Numbered from the stretch's first letter, positions 29,892-40,631 are shown. The stretch is DNA of 64,000 bases from Candidatus Hodarchaeota archaeon (GCA_048887225.1 JBHLJY010000005.1:64001-128000); one strand, 5' to 3'. Notes: a model not told the origin generated them from the letters alone. Program-made: numbers and translations.

Positions 29892-30317
29892 ATGAAAAAT
29901 GAACGGTTAAAAGAATTCTTGAAAAAGATTCATAATCCTAAGAACAAAATTCCAGAATACTTAACTATTACAATTCGCCCTGGAAAAAACATAATGGATT
30001 TTAAAATTAAAAAGGAAAAATCTAATATGTTGAAAGTAATTGCCCACCAAGAAGATAGAAAGGGCTGGTTCCTTCATTCGTACCATATACCTATAAAGAA
30101 TTTAGGTCTTCGAAATGACTCTAAAAATAAAGAAATTCTACCTTATCTCAACGATCCTCGCATGATCACGGGCGATAAAGCTACTAGAGACTTAGTAGAG
30201 GAAATTTTAAGAAAATATATTGAAGTTCTCTCAGAAAGAAAAAATCATTTTTTTAGAACTGAAAGGTTCAAAAAGAAAAAGGAGTTAAGAGTTGGAACTC
30301 AATTGAAAGGATTTTAA
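29892..30317 (+). CDS. Hypothetical basic protein
   Basis: 141-aa ORF with ATG start. Confidence 0.6.
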   Translation: MKNERLKEFLKKIHNPKNKIPEYLTITIRPGKNIMDFKIKKEKSNMLKVIAHQEDRKGWFLHSYHIPIKNLGLRNDSKNKEILPYLNDPRMITGDKATRDLVEEILRKYIEVLSERKNHFFRTERFKKKKELRVGTQLKGF

Positions 30318-30334
30318 TTTCATTTTATTACTGA

Positions 30335-31201
30335 CTAATCTGTTAAGGGCATCCCATTAAGATCAACAATTTCTCTTTTTTTGGGCTTTCTAGCTTGATA
30401 AGGATTTTCAATATCTTTTATTTTTCGACCAAATGTTAAGTACCCTGAATGTCCTATCATTCTAACTTCTGGCCGAGTTGCGCTTTTTTTAACCTGGATT
30501 TTTCTTTTAAGTAATTCATAGCTATTAATCTCAAAAAAATCGTTATTCCTCATAGCAAATGTGGTCTTTTTGACTTGTTCAATTGTAGGTGAAAATGATA
30601 CTAAAACACCACTTAATTTTAGGTATTCTTTTACTTTTTCAATCGCCTTCCATGGTTGAGCCATATCCAAAACAACAGAATCTACATTTTTATGCTTTAA
30701 ATCATCTTCTATAATATTACCATGTTGGATGGAAACCACTCCTTCCAAATTAGCTTTTACTACGTTTTTTTTTGCTCTAGCTAGAAATTTTTCATTTACA
30801 TCGTATGAATAAATATGTCCATTTGGTCTCACAGAATTTCCTAAAATACAAGTTAAAGCTCCAGAACCACAACCGGCCTCAATAACTACGCTACCCGGTC
30901 CTATTCCCGAATAAATTAAAATCAAACCAGCATCTTCGGGATAGATTATCTGAGTTTTCCGACCCATATGAAGAATATAATCAGAAGGTAAAGGTTTAAG
31001 TACAAAAAATTTGTATCCTTGGCTTTCATATGGTTTTGAAAAAACACATGAACCAAAAGGTTTCTCTATTATATCATCAAATTCAATAATTCCTCGATGT
31101 GTATGAAATGATTCACCCTTCTTTACTTTTACTAACCATCTTCTTCTCTCGTCAAGAATTAAAAATACTAAATCATTTTCTTTGATTTTTCCAGCATCCA
31201 T
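30335..31201 (-). CDS. trmI: tRNA (adenine-N1)-methyltransferase (m1A57/58)
   Basis: HTHRG, TQIIYPED, EAGCGSGALT, LDMAQPW, FSPTIEQV and GHSGYL motifs. Confidence 0.93.
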   Translation of the reverse strand: MDAGKIKENDLVFLILDERRRWLVKVKKGESFHTHRGIIEFDDIIEKPFGSCVFSKPYESQGYKFFVLKPLPSDYILHMGRKTQIIYPEDAGLILIYSGIGPGSVVIEAGCGSGALTCILGNSVRPNGHIYSYDVNEKFLARAKKNVVKANLEGVVSIQHGNIIEDDLKHKNVDSVVLDMAQPWKAIEKVKEYLKLSGVLVSFSPTIEQVKKTTFAMRNNDFFEINSYELLKRKIQVKKSATRPEVRMIGHSGYLTFGRKIKDIENPYQARKPKKREIVDLNGMPLTD

Positions 31202-31320
31202 TTCTCTAGCTTATTTTTCGTTAAATTTTTCAATTATTTCTATTATGCGTAAATATCTTAAATTTTTTAATATAAGTTGTATATTGCAACTTATAAAACC
31301 TTGTTTATAAATACTCTTTA

Positions 31321-32256
31321 ATGAACAAATCAATGAGTAAAGATAAAACATTTCAAATTTCTCAACTTTCTTTTAAGGAACTTCAAAATAAAATAGAAGA
31401 TTTTAAAAAAAAGAGGGATGACTTAAATCAAAAGACAAAAGAATATATTAATCGATTGCAGGAAATAGAATTTGAAATTATTGAGTCACTAAAAACTGCC
31501 AGAGATGTATACAAACCGAAGCGAGATCATTGGAATAAAAAAGTCAAACAATTAAAAAATAAAAAAATTGAGTATAAAAAGCTCTTAGATACTCTCATTG
31601 ATGAAAAAAAAAAACATCAAAAACAAAACGGCAACGGTCAAATCTCTGAACATTTCACTTCTGTTAAACAGCTAGAGCGTAAAATTGATAATTTAGAGAG
31701 AGTAATTGAGACTGAAAATTTGGATATTAATAAAGAAAATGAAATTGTAGATAAAATCAGAGATTTAGAAAGAAAAAAGCAAAAACTTGTGGCAGAACAA
31801 CAAAATAATGGTATTTATAAAATTGGGCGTAAAATTGAAATTGTTAAAATTAATCTAAATAAAATTTACGAACAATTGGCTAAATGGTCTGGTAAATCTC
31901 AGAAATTTCACATGAAAATGCTTGAACTATATCAAGAAGCTAATCAATTAAAAGAAAATAAGAAAAAAATTGAAGAAGAATTAATAGAAAACAAAAAGGC
32001 CGCGGATCGATATCACGATCAGTATTTAAAAGTCATAAATCAAAAGAAGAAAAGAAACAAAAGCAAGAGATTTTATAGACCAAAGAGAAGACCAATAAAG
32101 GGACAAAGGCAAAAACAAGCTGATAAAAACCAAGAAATGCTCGAAAAATTAAAACAAAAAAAATTAGCTGTAGCTCTTGAAAAACGAAAGACAGGAAAAA
32201 AATTAAATTTATATGAAGCAAGACTAATTTTAGAACATTCAGAAGATAAATCATAG
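31321..32256 (+). CDS. Archaeal long coiled-coil protein (COG1340-like)
   Basis: Heptad-rich; IETENLDINKENEIVDKI and C-terminal GKKLNLYE motifs typical of this family. Confidence 0.75.
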   Translation: MNKSMSKDKTFQISQLSFKELQNKIEDFKKKRDDLNQKTKEYINRLQEIEFEIIESLKTARDVYKPKRDHWNKKVKQLKNKKIEYKKLLDTLIDEKKKHQKQNGNGQISEHFTSVKQLERKIDNLERVIETENLDINKENEIVDKIRDLERKKQKLVAEQQNNGIYKIGRKIEIVKINLNKIYEQLAKWSGKSQKFHMKMLELYQEANQLKENKKKIEEELIENKKAADRYHDQYLKVINQKKKRNKSKRFYRPKRRPIKGQRQKQADKNQEMLEKLKQKKLAVALEKRKTGKKLNLYEARLILEHSEDKS

Positions 32257-32329
32257 GATTTAAAAAAATTTTAATTTTAAATTATATTTAGTAATTTATC
32301 GTTTTTCCTAAAACTAGATTTGATTAAAT

Positions 32330-33658
32330 TTGAGCAAGAAATTAACTGAGATACGATCTATTTTATTAGAACATCATGAAGAATTAAAAAATGCTATTCC
32401 GCTAATAGCTTCTGAAAATATAACAAGTCCGGCTGTTGATGAAGCTTGTAACTCAGATTTCTCACATAGATATGCGGAGGGATGGGTTGGTCAGAGAGTT
32501 TATGCTGGATGTAGATATATTGATAAAATTGAAGCTATGTGTATGGATCTTGCGAAAAACTATTTTAATTGCGTTCATGCTGACGTCAGACCCGTATCTG
32601 GTGTCATGGCAAACTTAGTTTTATATAATGCGTTCACATCACGTAATCATGGTAAAATGTGCGCTATGCCAATACCAAAGGGGGGTCATATTAGTCATGC
32701 CCCTATGTATACGAGTTCAGGAAGAGCTATTTATGGTACGGCTGGAACAGTTAGAGGTTTGGAGATTAAATATCTAGATTTTGACGAGGAAAACATGAAT
32801 ATAGATCCAGACGGTTCTGCAAAAGTTATTAGGCAATTTGAACCAGAAATGATTTTATTCGGAGCTTCTGTATTTCTTTTCCCACATCCAGTTAAAGAAT
32901 TGAGTGATGTTGCCAAAGAAGTTGGGGCATATATAGGCTATGATGGGGCTCATGTTGCTGGTCTCATTGGATCTGGATATTTTCAGGATCCCTTAAGAGA
33001 AGGTGCTGATGCAATGAGTTTATCAACTCATAAAACTTTACCTGGCCCGCAACATGGAACTGTCGTATCAAATCGAGAAGATTTAATCGATATTTTGAAA
33101 TCTTCTGCATTTCCCGCATTGTTTTCCAATCATCATTTGCATAATGTCGCAGGTTTGGCGGTTACCCTTGTAGAAATGCTTGAATTTGGAAAAAAATATC
33201 ATAAATGCGTAATTGAAAACGCTAAAGCTTTTGCTGAAGCGTTAAACGAGAGGGGCTTTAAAGTACTCTGCGAACATCTTGGATTTACAGAATCACATCA
33301 AGTTATTGTTGATATCGCTGAGTTCGAAAAAAAAATTGGTCTCGGAGGAGATATTGAGCAGTTGTTAGAATCAGCAAATATAATTATCAATCGCAATCTA
33401 TTACCTTGGGATATAAGGGAAGGACGACATTATATGAATCCGTCTGGATTAAGGTTAGGAACTTCAGAAGTCACCCGATTAGGAATGGGAAAAGGTGAGA
33501 TGCAAGACATAGCAGAATTTTTTAAGGCTCTATTGGTGGATAAAAAAGACCCTAAAAGAATAAAAAAAGAAATCGCCGAATTTCGTAAGGATTTTCAAGA
33601 GATAAAATATTGCTTCCAACATTCAAACGAAGCTTACGAATATCTCAAATTTTTTTGA
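32330..33658 (+). CDS. glyA: Serine hydroxymethyltransferase
   Basis: LIASEN, YAEG, GGHISH, DGAH, STHKTLPGP (PLP lysine) and SGLRLGT motifs. Confidence 0.96.
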   Translation: MSKKLTEIRSILLEHHEELKNAIPLIASENITSPAVDEACNSDFSHRYAEGWVGQRVYAGCRYIDKIEAMCMDLAKNYFNCVHADVRPVSGVMANLVLYNAFTSRNHGKMCAMPIPKGGHISHAPMYTSSGRAIYGTAGTVRGLEIKYLDFDEENMNIDPDGSAKVIRQFEPEMILFGASVFLFPHPVKELSDVAKEVGAYIGYDGAHVAGLIGSGYFQDPLREGADAMSLSTHKTLPGPQHGTVVSNREDLIDILKSSAFPALFSNHHLHNVAGLAVTLVEMLEFGKKYHKCVIENAKAFAEALNERGFKVLCEHLGFTESHQVIVDIAEFEKKIGLGGDIEQLLESANIIINRNLLPWDIREGRHYMNPSGLRLGTSEVTRLGMGKGEMQDIAEFFKALLVDKKDPKRIKKEIAEFRKDFQEIKYCFQHSNEAYEYLKFF

Positions 33659-33742
33659 GAATCAAATCAAATAACAGTAAAATTTATCTTATATTAGATA
33701 TTTCCAATAATAGCCTACTTATTAATTTTTGAAACATTTATC

Positions 33743-34564
33743 ATGAATCTCGAAGTTCTTGAAAAGACCGATCGTAAACTTGTCTTTGTTTTAGAAGAAA
33801 TCTCTATTGAAATGGTAAACGCTCTACGCCGTATAATCATGACAGAATTGCCTTGCTTCGCAATTGACGAAGTTATTATATTAAAAAATGATTCACCATT
33901 GTATGATGAAATTGTTGCTCATCGGCTTGGTATGATTCCTCTCAAGACTGATCTAGAGCATTATAATCTGCCGCGGGATTGTGAATGTGGAGGATTTGGT
34001 TGTCCATTATGCCAAGTATCCTTAACATTGGAAGTTACTAATGAAACTAATAAGCCTTTAGTAGTTTATTCCGGAGATTTGAATTCTAATGACCCCAATA
34101 TCGTCCCTGTACACGATAAAATCCCAATTTTAAAAATAGATAAAGGTAGCAAAATTATTATTGAAAGTTATGCAATTTTAGGTATAGCTAAGGATAATAT
34201 TAGATTTTCAGCAGTTTCAAATTGTTTCTATAGATATTATCCAACAATTGATTTCGATGAGAGTAAAATTAAAGATCTCGATGAAAAGACTCTAATCGCA
34301 TCAACATGTCCAGAAAATCTATATGAGCTTACTAATAATTCATTAAAATTAAAGAACGATTATTGGAAAACTTGTACTTTATGCAAAGCGTGCGAGAAAG
34401 GTTCTAATGGTAAAATCAAGGTAAATTCGAAAAAGCAGACATATATATTTTTTATTGAAACAGATGGCGTTCTCCCTTTTGAAGTTCTTATTAAAAAAAC
34501 TTTTGAAATATTTAATGAGAAAACTGATGAGTTTGTAGAGAAATTAGAGGAAATCGAGATTTAA
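33743..34564 (+). CDS. rpoD: DNA-directed RNA polymerase subunit Rpo3 (D)
   Basis: NALRR, NDSPLYDEIVAHRLGMIP and ETDG motifs; followed by eL18, uL13, uS9. Confidence 0.95.
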   Translation: MNLEVLEKTDRKLVFVLEEISIEMVNALRRIIMTELPCFAIDEVIILKNDSPLYDEIVAHRLGMIPLKTDLEHYNLPRDCECGGFGCPLCQVSLTLEVTNETNKPLVVYSGDLNSNDPNIVPVHDKIPILKIDKGSKIIIESYAILGIAKDNIRFSAVSNCFYRYYPTIDFDESKIKDLDEKTLIASTCPENLYELTNNSLKLKNDYWKTCTLCKACEKGSNGKIKVNSKKQTYIFFIETDGVLPFEVLIKKTFEIFNEKTDEFVEKLEEIEI

Positions 34565-34629
34565 TCAAAAATTTATTAAATTATTAATTATTTAAAAATC
34601 TAATTTTTAGAATTTAAATTTACCTGTCT

Positions 34630-34986
34630 ATGTCCCATAAAGCTACCGGTCCAAGTAATTATTATGTTCGGAAGTTGGTAAGAGATTTATGGAAGACAAA
34701 GCGGAGGATATGGAAAAAAGTCTCGAAAAAAATATCTGGGCCACGAAGAAATCGTGTTGAGGCTAATCTTTACCGCATTAATAAAAAAACTAAAAATAAC
34801 GATGTTATTGTTGTTCCTGGTAAAATTTTAGGGATTGGAGATTTAGATCATAAGCTAACAATAGCGTGTTTATCGTCTTCAAAATCGGCTAAAAAAAAAA
34901 TAGAGGCTTCAGGGAGTAAATTAATTACCATAAATGAATTGCTTGAACAAAATCCTAAAGGAGAAAATGTTAAAGTTTTTTATTAA
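34630..34986 (+). CDS. rpl18e: 50S ribosomal protein L18e
   Basis: PRRNRVEANL.RI, VVPGKILG.G and NPKG motifs; synteny. Confidence 0.95.
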   Translation: MSHKATGPSNYYVRKLVRDLWKTKRRIWKKVSKKISGPRRNRVEANLYRINKKTKNNDVIVVPGKILGIGDLDHKLTIACLSSSKSAKKKIEASGSKLITINELLEQNPKGENVKVFY

Positions 34987-35005
34987 ATAATGGAGTGTCT
35001 AAAAA

Positions 35006-35476
35006 ATGCTAGAATATCAAGTATATGATGCGAAAGATAAAATTCTAGGACGTTTCTGCAGCCAAATTGCGAAGAAAGCTCTTTTAGGGGAACGAGTTGT
35101 TATTATTAATGCAAAGGATGCAATTATTAGTGGTACAAAGAGAAATATTCACGAAAAGTTTTTAGCAAAGTTAAACATCAGAACTGCTACGAATCCAACG
35201 CGAGGTCCCTTTTGGCCAAGACGACCTGATACATTTATGAGAAGAGTAATTAAACAGATGCTTCCCCGAAAGAAACTTCGAGGAAAAGAAGCTCTTCGAA
35301 GAATTCATGTATATATTTCAGACATTCCAGAACGCTTTAAAAATAGGTATCAAAAATTAATTCTGGGGGAAATATGGAACGCCGATAAAATGCGCTTATC
35401 GTATTATGATAGATGCATTACGTTGGAAAATTTATGCCTTAGGATTGGTTGGAAAAAAAGAGAAATTGAGGCTTAG
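35006..35476 (+). CDS. rpl13: 50S ribosomal protein L13 (uL13)
   Basis: DAKDKILGR, GPFWPRRPD and MLP motifs; synteny. Confidence 0.95.
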   Translation: MLEYQVYDAKDKILGRFCSQIAKKALLGERVVIINAKDAIISGTKRNIHEKFLAKLNIRTATNPTRGPFWPRRPDTFMRRVIKQMLPRKKLRGKEALRRIHVYISDIPERFKNRYQKLILGEIWNADKMRLSYYDRCITLENLCLRIGWKKREIEA

Positions 35477-35479
35477 ACT

Positions 35480-35896
35480 ATGTCAGAAAAAGTTAGAATA
35501 ATTCAGTCCTCGGGAAAAAGGAAATCTGCTATTGCTAGAGCTGTTTTAAGATATCCTGCCAAAGGCCAAATAAAAATAAACAATATACTATTAGACCTAT
35601 ATGAACCAGAACTACAGAGAGAGAGAATAAAAGAAGTCATTGAAGTTGCCAATCATGAAAAAATAGAAAAATGCGATATAAAAATATATGTTAAAGGAGG
35701 TGGTAGAATGGGGCAAACGGAGGCAGTCAGGATAGCTTTATCAAGAGCGATTTATAAGTTTCTAAAAACAAAAACAATCGAGCTAAAATTTCGAGAATAC
35801 GACGAGTCGTTATTAAGCGGCGATTCGAGAAGAACAGAGCCTAAGAAGTTTGGAGGCAAAAAAGCTCGGTCAAGACGTCAAAAGTCGTTCAGATAA
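35480..35896 (+). CDS. rps9: 30S ribosomal protein S9 (uS9)
   Basis: GKRKSAIARA, VKGGG..GQ and RRTEPKKFGGKKARSRRQKSFR motifs. Confidence 0.96.
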   Translation: MSEKVRIIQSSGKRKSAIARAVLRYPAKGQIKINNILLDLYEPELQRERIKEVIEVANHEKIEKCDIKIYVKGGGRMGQTEAVRIALSRAIYKFLKTKTIELKFREYDESLLSGDSRRTEPKKFGGKKARSRRQKSFR

Positions 35897-35946
35897 TAAC
35901 TCGGTTTTTGATAAAGCGCATTCATATTTATCATCCCTTATCTGAA

Positions 35947-37263
35947 TCAATTAAACTCAGCACCTAATTTTTTTAAGTCTTTAATAAAAGAGGGATAAGA
36001 ATCTTCAATAATATTTGTATTTTTAATTTCAGAATTATTTTCTGCATACAAAGCGGCAACACAACAAGCCATTGCGATCCTATGATCTTTTTCGTGATTA
36101 ATTTTTGATCCCTTTAATTTTTCACAATAATATATAGTTAATTTATCATTTTTTTCCGTGGTTTTGACACCCATTTTTGCTAATTCCCTTGCCATGACCG
36201 ATATTCTATCACTCTCTTTTAATCTTAAATTTGAGGCGTTATAGAGTGTTGTTTTTCCCTTTGCAAAAGCACCTACAATAGATAAAATTGGGAATAAATC
36301 TGGAATTTGACTGCAATCGACATCTTTACCTTTTAACGGATATGTATTAATTCCTCCTTTTACGGTAACCTGATTGTTATTTTGATTAACATCTATTTTT
36401 GCTCCCATCCTACGTAAAATTTCAATTATTCTTTTATCTCCCTGTGGATTTTGAATATCTACATTTTTTATAATTACATTCGAATCTTCTGGTGATAATA
36501 CTGCAGCAGCGATAATAAATGCTACAGAGGAAAAATCACCTGGAATCGAATATATTTGTGATCTATATTTTTGACCGCTGGGGATTATATATTTTCCTAT
36601 TTTTTGGTCATTTAATTTTTCTTGAAAATTGATTCCAAAAGAGTCTAATATATCCAACGTAATTTTAACGTAAGGATATGAAACTAAAGGAGTTGTTATT
36701 TCAATTTCTACAAAGTCTTTTTCTTCACATTTCAACATCGGACTAATTATTAACAATGCGGTAATGAATTGCGAACTAATATCGCCTTGAATTTTCACAG
36801 TATTACACTGATGCTTTCTTCGCTCAATATGGATGATTTTCCCCTCTAATTTGTATTCGGCGCCTAAGTATTTTAACGCCTCCAATAACGGAATAATTGG
36901 ACGGTTTCTTTTTAAAAATTCTCCTGTTAAAGATAACCCTCCTTTAACAATAAGACTTAAAGCACAAAAAATTCTTATAGAAGTACCAGAATTTTTACAA
37001 TCAATGGATTCTTTAATTGATTTAAAGGCGTCTGCGGTTTTTTGAACAACATAAGAATTTTCAGTCTCTTTTAAAATGTTTATACCTAATGATTTTAAAC
37101 CATTAATCGTAACCTCAACGTCTCCAGATGTTTGAGGATTTTTAATTACTGAGATTCCGTCAGCGAGACTTGCGATAATAAAAGCTCTATGAGAATAGCT
37201 TTTAGAAGGGGGTGCACTTATTTCCCCATTTAACTTATTTATTGGACTTATAATTAATTCCAT
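35947..37263 (-). CDS. aroA: 3-phosphoshikimate 1-carboxyvinyltransferase (EPSP synthase)
   Basis: PPSKSYSHR, NSGT, SSQF, PGDFSS, LRLKESDR and DHRIAM motifs. Confidence 0.96.
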   Translation of the reverse strand: MELIISPINKLNGEISAPPSKSYSHRAFIIASLADGISVIKNPQTSGDVEVTINGLKSLGINILKETENSYVVQKTADAFKSIKESIDCKNSGTSIRIFCALSLIVKGGLSLTGEFLKRNRPIIPLLEALKYLGAEYKLEGKIIHIERRKHQCNTVKIQGDISSQFITALLIISPMLKCEEKDFVEIEITTPLVSYPYVKITLDILDSFGINFQEKLNDQKIGKYIIPSGQKYRSQIYSIPGDFSSVAFIIAAAVLSPEDSNVIIKNVDIQNPQGDKRIIEILRRMGAKIDVNQNNNQVTVKGGINTYPLKGKDVDCSQIPDLFPILSIVGAFAKGKTTLYNASNLRLKESDRISVMARELAKMGVKTTEKNDKLTIYYCEKLKGSKINHEKDHRIAMACCVAALYAENNSEIKNTNIIEDSYPSFIKDLKKLGAEFN

Positions 37264-37344
37264 TAAATAATTAATAGAAAGTTATAGATATAATATTAAT
37301 TAATTTAAGATGAAAGATTATAATATTTAATAATCTAAGAAAAC

Positions 37345-38463
37345 GTGAAGAATTTGGGAGATAATACATTTGGAACAATTTTTAAAATCACTTCCTTCGG
37401 AGAAAGTCATGGAGATTTAGTCGGGATTATAGTAGATGGAGTTCCAGCAGGCTTGGGATTTGATTTAGATTTTATTCAAAGTGAGTTAGATAAACGGCGC
37501 CCAGGGCAATCTAAAATAACTACTTCGCGCTCAGAATTAGATAAAGTACAAGTTCTATCTGGAATTTTTAAACACAAAACAACTGGGGCGCCACTTTGTA
37601 TGATAATAAAAAATAAAGATGTAGATTCATCAAAATACGAGGAATTTAAAAAATTTCTAAGGCCTTCCCAGGTCGATTTCTCTGCTTTAAAAAAATATGG
37701 AGGTTTTGCAGATTATAGAGGATCTGGCAGATTTTCAGGACGAATTACTGCAGGATTTGTAATGGCTGGAGCTATTGCGAAACAAATTTTAAGAAATTAT
37801 AATATTACAGTATTTGCTTATACAAAAAGCATTGGAGAAATAGAGGATGACAATTTATATCAAATTGATGATCTCGTAAAATACATCAAATTAAGAGAAA
37901 AATCAGATGTAAGGGCTCTTAATGCCGAGAAATCCAAAATGATGGAAAAAGTAATAGAAGAACTCAAAAGTCAAAAAGATTCTATTGGCGGAACCATAAA
38001 ATGTATTGTAAATAATTTTCCAGAGGGAATTGGCGGTCCAGTTTTTAATAGTCTCGAATCTAACATAAGTAAAGCTATTTTTTCCATACCTTCAATTAAA
38101 GGAATAGAATTTGGTGCCGGATTTAGAGCTGCTGAAATGAAAGGAAGTGAACATAATGATCCTTGGATTATAAGAGATGGAAAAATTCAAACGTTGAAAA
38201 ATGATGCTGGGGGAATAATTGGAGGTATTTCGACTGGAATGCCCATTGAATTTACTGTCGCCGTTAAACCAACTGCTACAATTGGGAAACTTCAGAAAAC
38301 AGTTAATATTAAAACTATGGAAAATACTGAAATTGAATTTACGGGTCGACACGATCCGTGCATAGTTCCTAGAGTTGTTGTTGTTGTAGAAGCCATGACG
38401 GCTATTGTTATATTGGATCATCTACTAATAGAAGGTATTGTTCCCTCTGTTTTTAAAAATTGA
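37345..38463 (+). CDS. aroC: Chorismate synthase
   Basis: FGESHG, RRPGQ, GGI.GGISTG and GRHDPC motifs. Confidence 0.96.
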   Translation: MKNLGDNTFGTIFKITSFGESHGDLVGIIVDGVPAGLGFDLDFIQSELDKRRPGQSKITTSRSELDKVQVLSGIFKHKTTGAPLCMIIKNKDVDSSKYEEFKKFLRPSQVDFSALKKYGGFADYRGSGRFSGRITAGFVMAGAIAKQILRNYNITVFAYTKSIGEIEDDNLYQIDDLVKYIKLREKSDVRALNAEKSKMMEKVIEELKSQKDSIGGTIKCIVNNFPEGIGGPVFNSLESNISKAIFSIPSIKGIEFGAGFRAAEMKGSEHNDPWIIRDGKIQTLKNDAGGIIGGISTGMPIEFTVAVKPTATIGKLQKTVNIKTMENTEIEFTGRHDPCIVPRVVVVVEAMTAIVILDHLLIEGIVPSVFKN

Positions 38464-38464
38464 A

Positions 38465-39721
38465 CTAAGTTGATAACTCTTTAATTCTTTCTTGAATTCT
38501 TTTCAATTCTCTTTTTAATTCTCTTTCTTTCGATTTTAAAGATTTTCTTTTTTTAAGTTTTAATTGAGAATCTGGAAGAGCGAAAGTAGGAGGAGTTTTT
38601 TGTTTTTTATCATATCCTAGTCTTCTAAAAATTTCAGATATCTCTTTATTATCAAATTCTGAAATATTGACAATGCGTCCTTCTTTTATTGATTTTTCCG
38701 CTGCGAAGGAGACAACACATGCTTCTCTTCCTAATGATAAATTAGCATAAGGTTGCTTTCTTTTCTTGATACATTCAATAAAATCTCTCCGTTCTGCTTG
38801 AATTCCAATATGAACTAGCCCTTCATTATCGGAAAAATAATCTACTTCCACCTCTCTCAAATTACCAATTGGTCCACCTGCGATAATCAGCTCTTTGTCA
38901 TTTTTTGTTAATGCCCATGCCCCATTATCTCCTATAATGCCAATTTCGAGTCCTTCAATTGGTTGGATTTCATACATACATAAACCTAAATTACCCTTTG
39001 CCCCATTTTCGTATTCAATTAATACATTGGCATGATCGACGATTGTGGGCTTTTTTAGGATTTTTCCTGGTTGCCAAGAATATGAGCATTGAATTTTATG
39101 ACCCGCTTTTACAACATGTTGCCCTCCCATCGCAAAAACTCGATATGGAGGTGATTGAAGAAGCCAATTGAATATGTCAAAATGATGAACATTTTTATCT
39201 AGAATAGCCCCTCCAGATTTGTTTTCATCAAAAAACCAAGGACTAGGAAAATTTTCTCGATGTTCCTTACAATAAGCAATCATTACATTTCCAAATGTTC
39301 CCTTCTCAATTAATTGAGCCATCGTTCGAAAGAGATTAGAATAACGATATTCCAATCCAATCTGGATAATCCTATCTGTTTTTGCGTATTCTTTAATAAT
39401 TTGATCTGTCGATTCAATTGTGGGAGCAATAGGTTTTTCTAAAAAGATATCTTTATTTGCTCTTAAAGCTTCAATTGTTATTTGAGTGTGAAGGTAGCTT
39501 GGAGTGGCAATGACAACAGCATCTATGTCAGTGATTTTTAATAAATCCTTATAATCTGTAAAAAATTTTGGCGTACTCCCTTTTATTGTGGATTTACTCA
39601 TTTTAAGTTGCTTTTCGCTCGGATCAGCTACAGCTAAAATTTGGCTATCTGATAATCTATCAAAACCAAGGCAATGATCCCACCCATGGATACCTGCTCC
39701 AATAATTCCAATATTTATCAT
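38465..39721 (-). CDS. Gfo/Idh/MocA family oxidoreductase
   Basis: GIIGAG, ATP..LH, LEKP and GGAILDKNVHHFD motifs. Confidence 0.9.
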   Translation of the reverse strand: MINIGIIGAGIHGWDHCLGFDRLSDSQILAVADPSEKQLKMSKSTIKGSTPKFFTDYKDLLKITDIDAVVIATPSYLHTQITIEALRANKDIFLEKPIAPTIESTDQIIKEYAKTDRIIQIGLEYRYSNLFRTMAQLIEKGTFGNVMIAYCKEHRENFPSPWFFDENKSGGAILDKNVHHFDIFNWLLQSPPYRVFAMGGQHVVKAGHKIQCSYSWQPGKILKKPTIVDHANVLIEYENGAKGNLGLCMYEIQPIEGLEIGIIGDNGAWALTKNDKELIIAGGPIGNLREVEVDYFSDNEGLVHIGIQAERRDFIECIKKRKQPYANLSLGREACVVSFAAEKSIKEGRIVNISEFDNKEISEIFRRLGYDKKQKTPPTFALPDSQLKLKKRKSLKSKERELKRELKRIQERIKELST

Positions 39722-39836
39722 AATCTACACTCTTAAAAGAGATTGAATTTATATTTTTAATAAGTAGATAATTTTATTATAATTCAGAACATAAATTATA
39801 TTATATTTAAAATTTAATTTTAGATGATTAAATAAA

Positions 39837-40070
39837 ATGAGTAAAAAAATCGATACATCGGAACAATTCATAGAATTCTATAAAAAAAAAGCTGAAAACC
39901 TTGTATCGTTAGCCGATAATCATTACTTGAATAAAGAATACCGAAAATGTTTAGAATTGTTAAATCAAGCTTATTCAATGTATCAAAAAGGTCATTATAA
40001 CGAAGAGGCCGATAAAATTAAACTAAGATTTAACGAGGTTAAAGAAATGCATTTTAAAAAGAAGGAGTAA
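39837..40070 (+). CDS. Small TPR-like helical hypothetical protein
   Basis: 77 aa; helix-pair pattern (AENLVSLADNHY..KEYRKCLELLNQAY). Confidence 0.55.
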   Translation: MSKKIDTSEQFIEFYKKKAENLVSLADNHYLNKEYRKCLELLNQAYSMYQKGHYNEEADKIKLRFNEVKEMHFKKKE

Positions 40071-40075
40071 TTCGC

Positions 40076-40561
40076 TCATATTTTTTTGTTCTCTAATTTT
40101 TCAATTATATTTTCAATGTGCGTTCCTTTCCAATATATTTTTTTACAATTTGAATTAGAACATTGATAAAAATTATTATGATACTTAAAAGTCTCGGATT
40201 CTATTAAGTCTTTAATTAAATTCCTATCTACTTTCGTTAACTCGGAATTACATATTGAACATCTCGCTCTTTTTATATCAAAATTATAATCTAAGTCAAA
40301 TTTGATTTTAAGTTGTTTAAGGTAGTTATATACTCCCTCTCCTTCTAAGTAAAAACCATTGTTTTTTGCTTTTTTATAAAAAATATAATCTCTTGTAACT
40401 ATAATTCTATCCTCTTTAAGAGCAAATTCTAATAATTTATCATCTGGTACCGGGTCTAAATTAAAATGATCTATTAAATCGTTAGCATATATAGTATCAT
40501 AGGAAAATATTCGAAGTAAGCGAGCAAGTTTTCCAAGCATAGAATCTACTAAAAATTTCAT
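40076..40561 (-). CDS. Mut7-C RNase (PIN-like) domain protein with Zn ribbon
   Basis: FLVDSMLGKLARLLR, RIIVTRD and RCSICN...FYQC...C.KIYWKGTH motifs. Confidence 0.9.
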   Translation of the reverse strand: MKFLVDSMLGKLARLLRIFSYDTIYANDLIDHFNLDPVPDDKLLEFALKEDRIIVTRDYIFYKKAKNNGFYLEGEGVYNYLKQLKIKFDLDYNFDIKRARCSICNSELTKVDRNLIKDLIESETFKYHNNFYQCSNSNCKKIYWKGTHIENIIEKLENKKI

Positions 40562-40631
40562 CTATAATATATAAAAAATAAGAAGATTTTATAAATTATG
40601 TAGAAGATACATTTTATTAAATTTAGAACTG

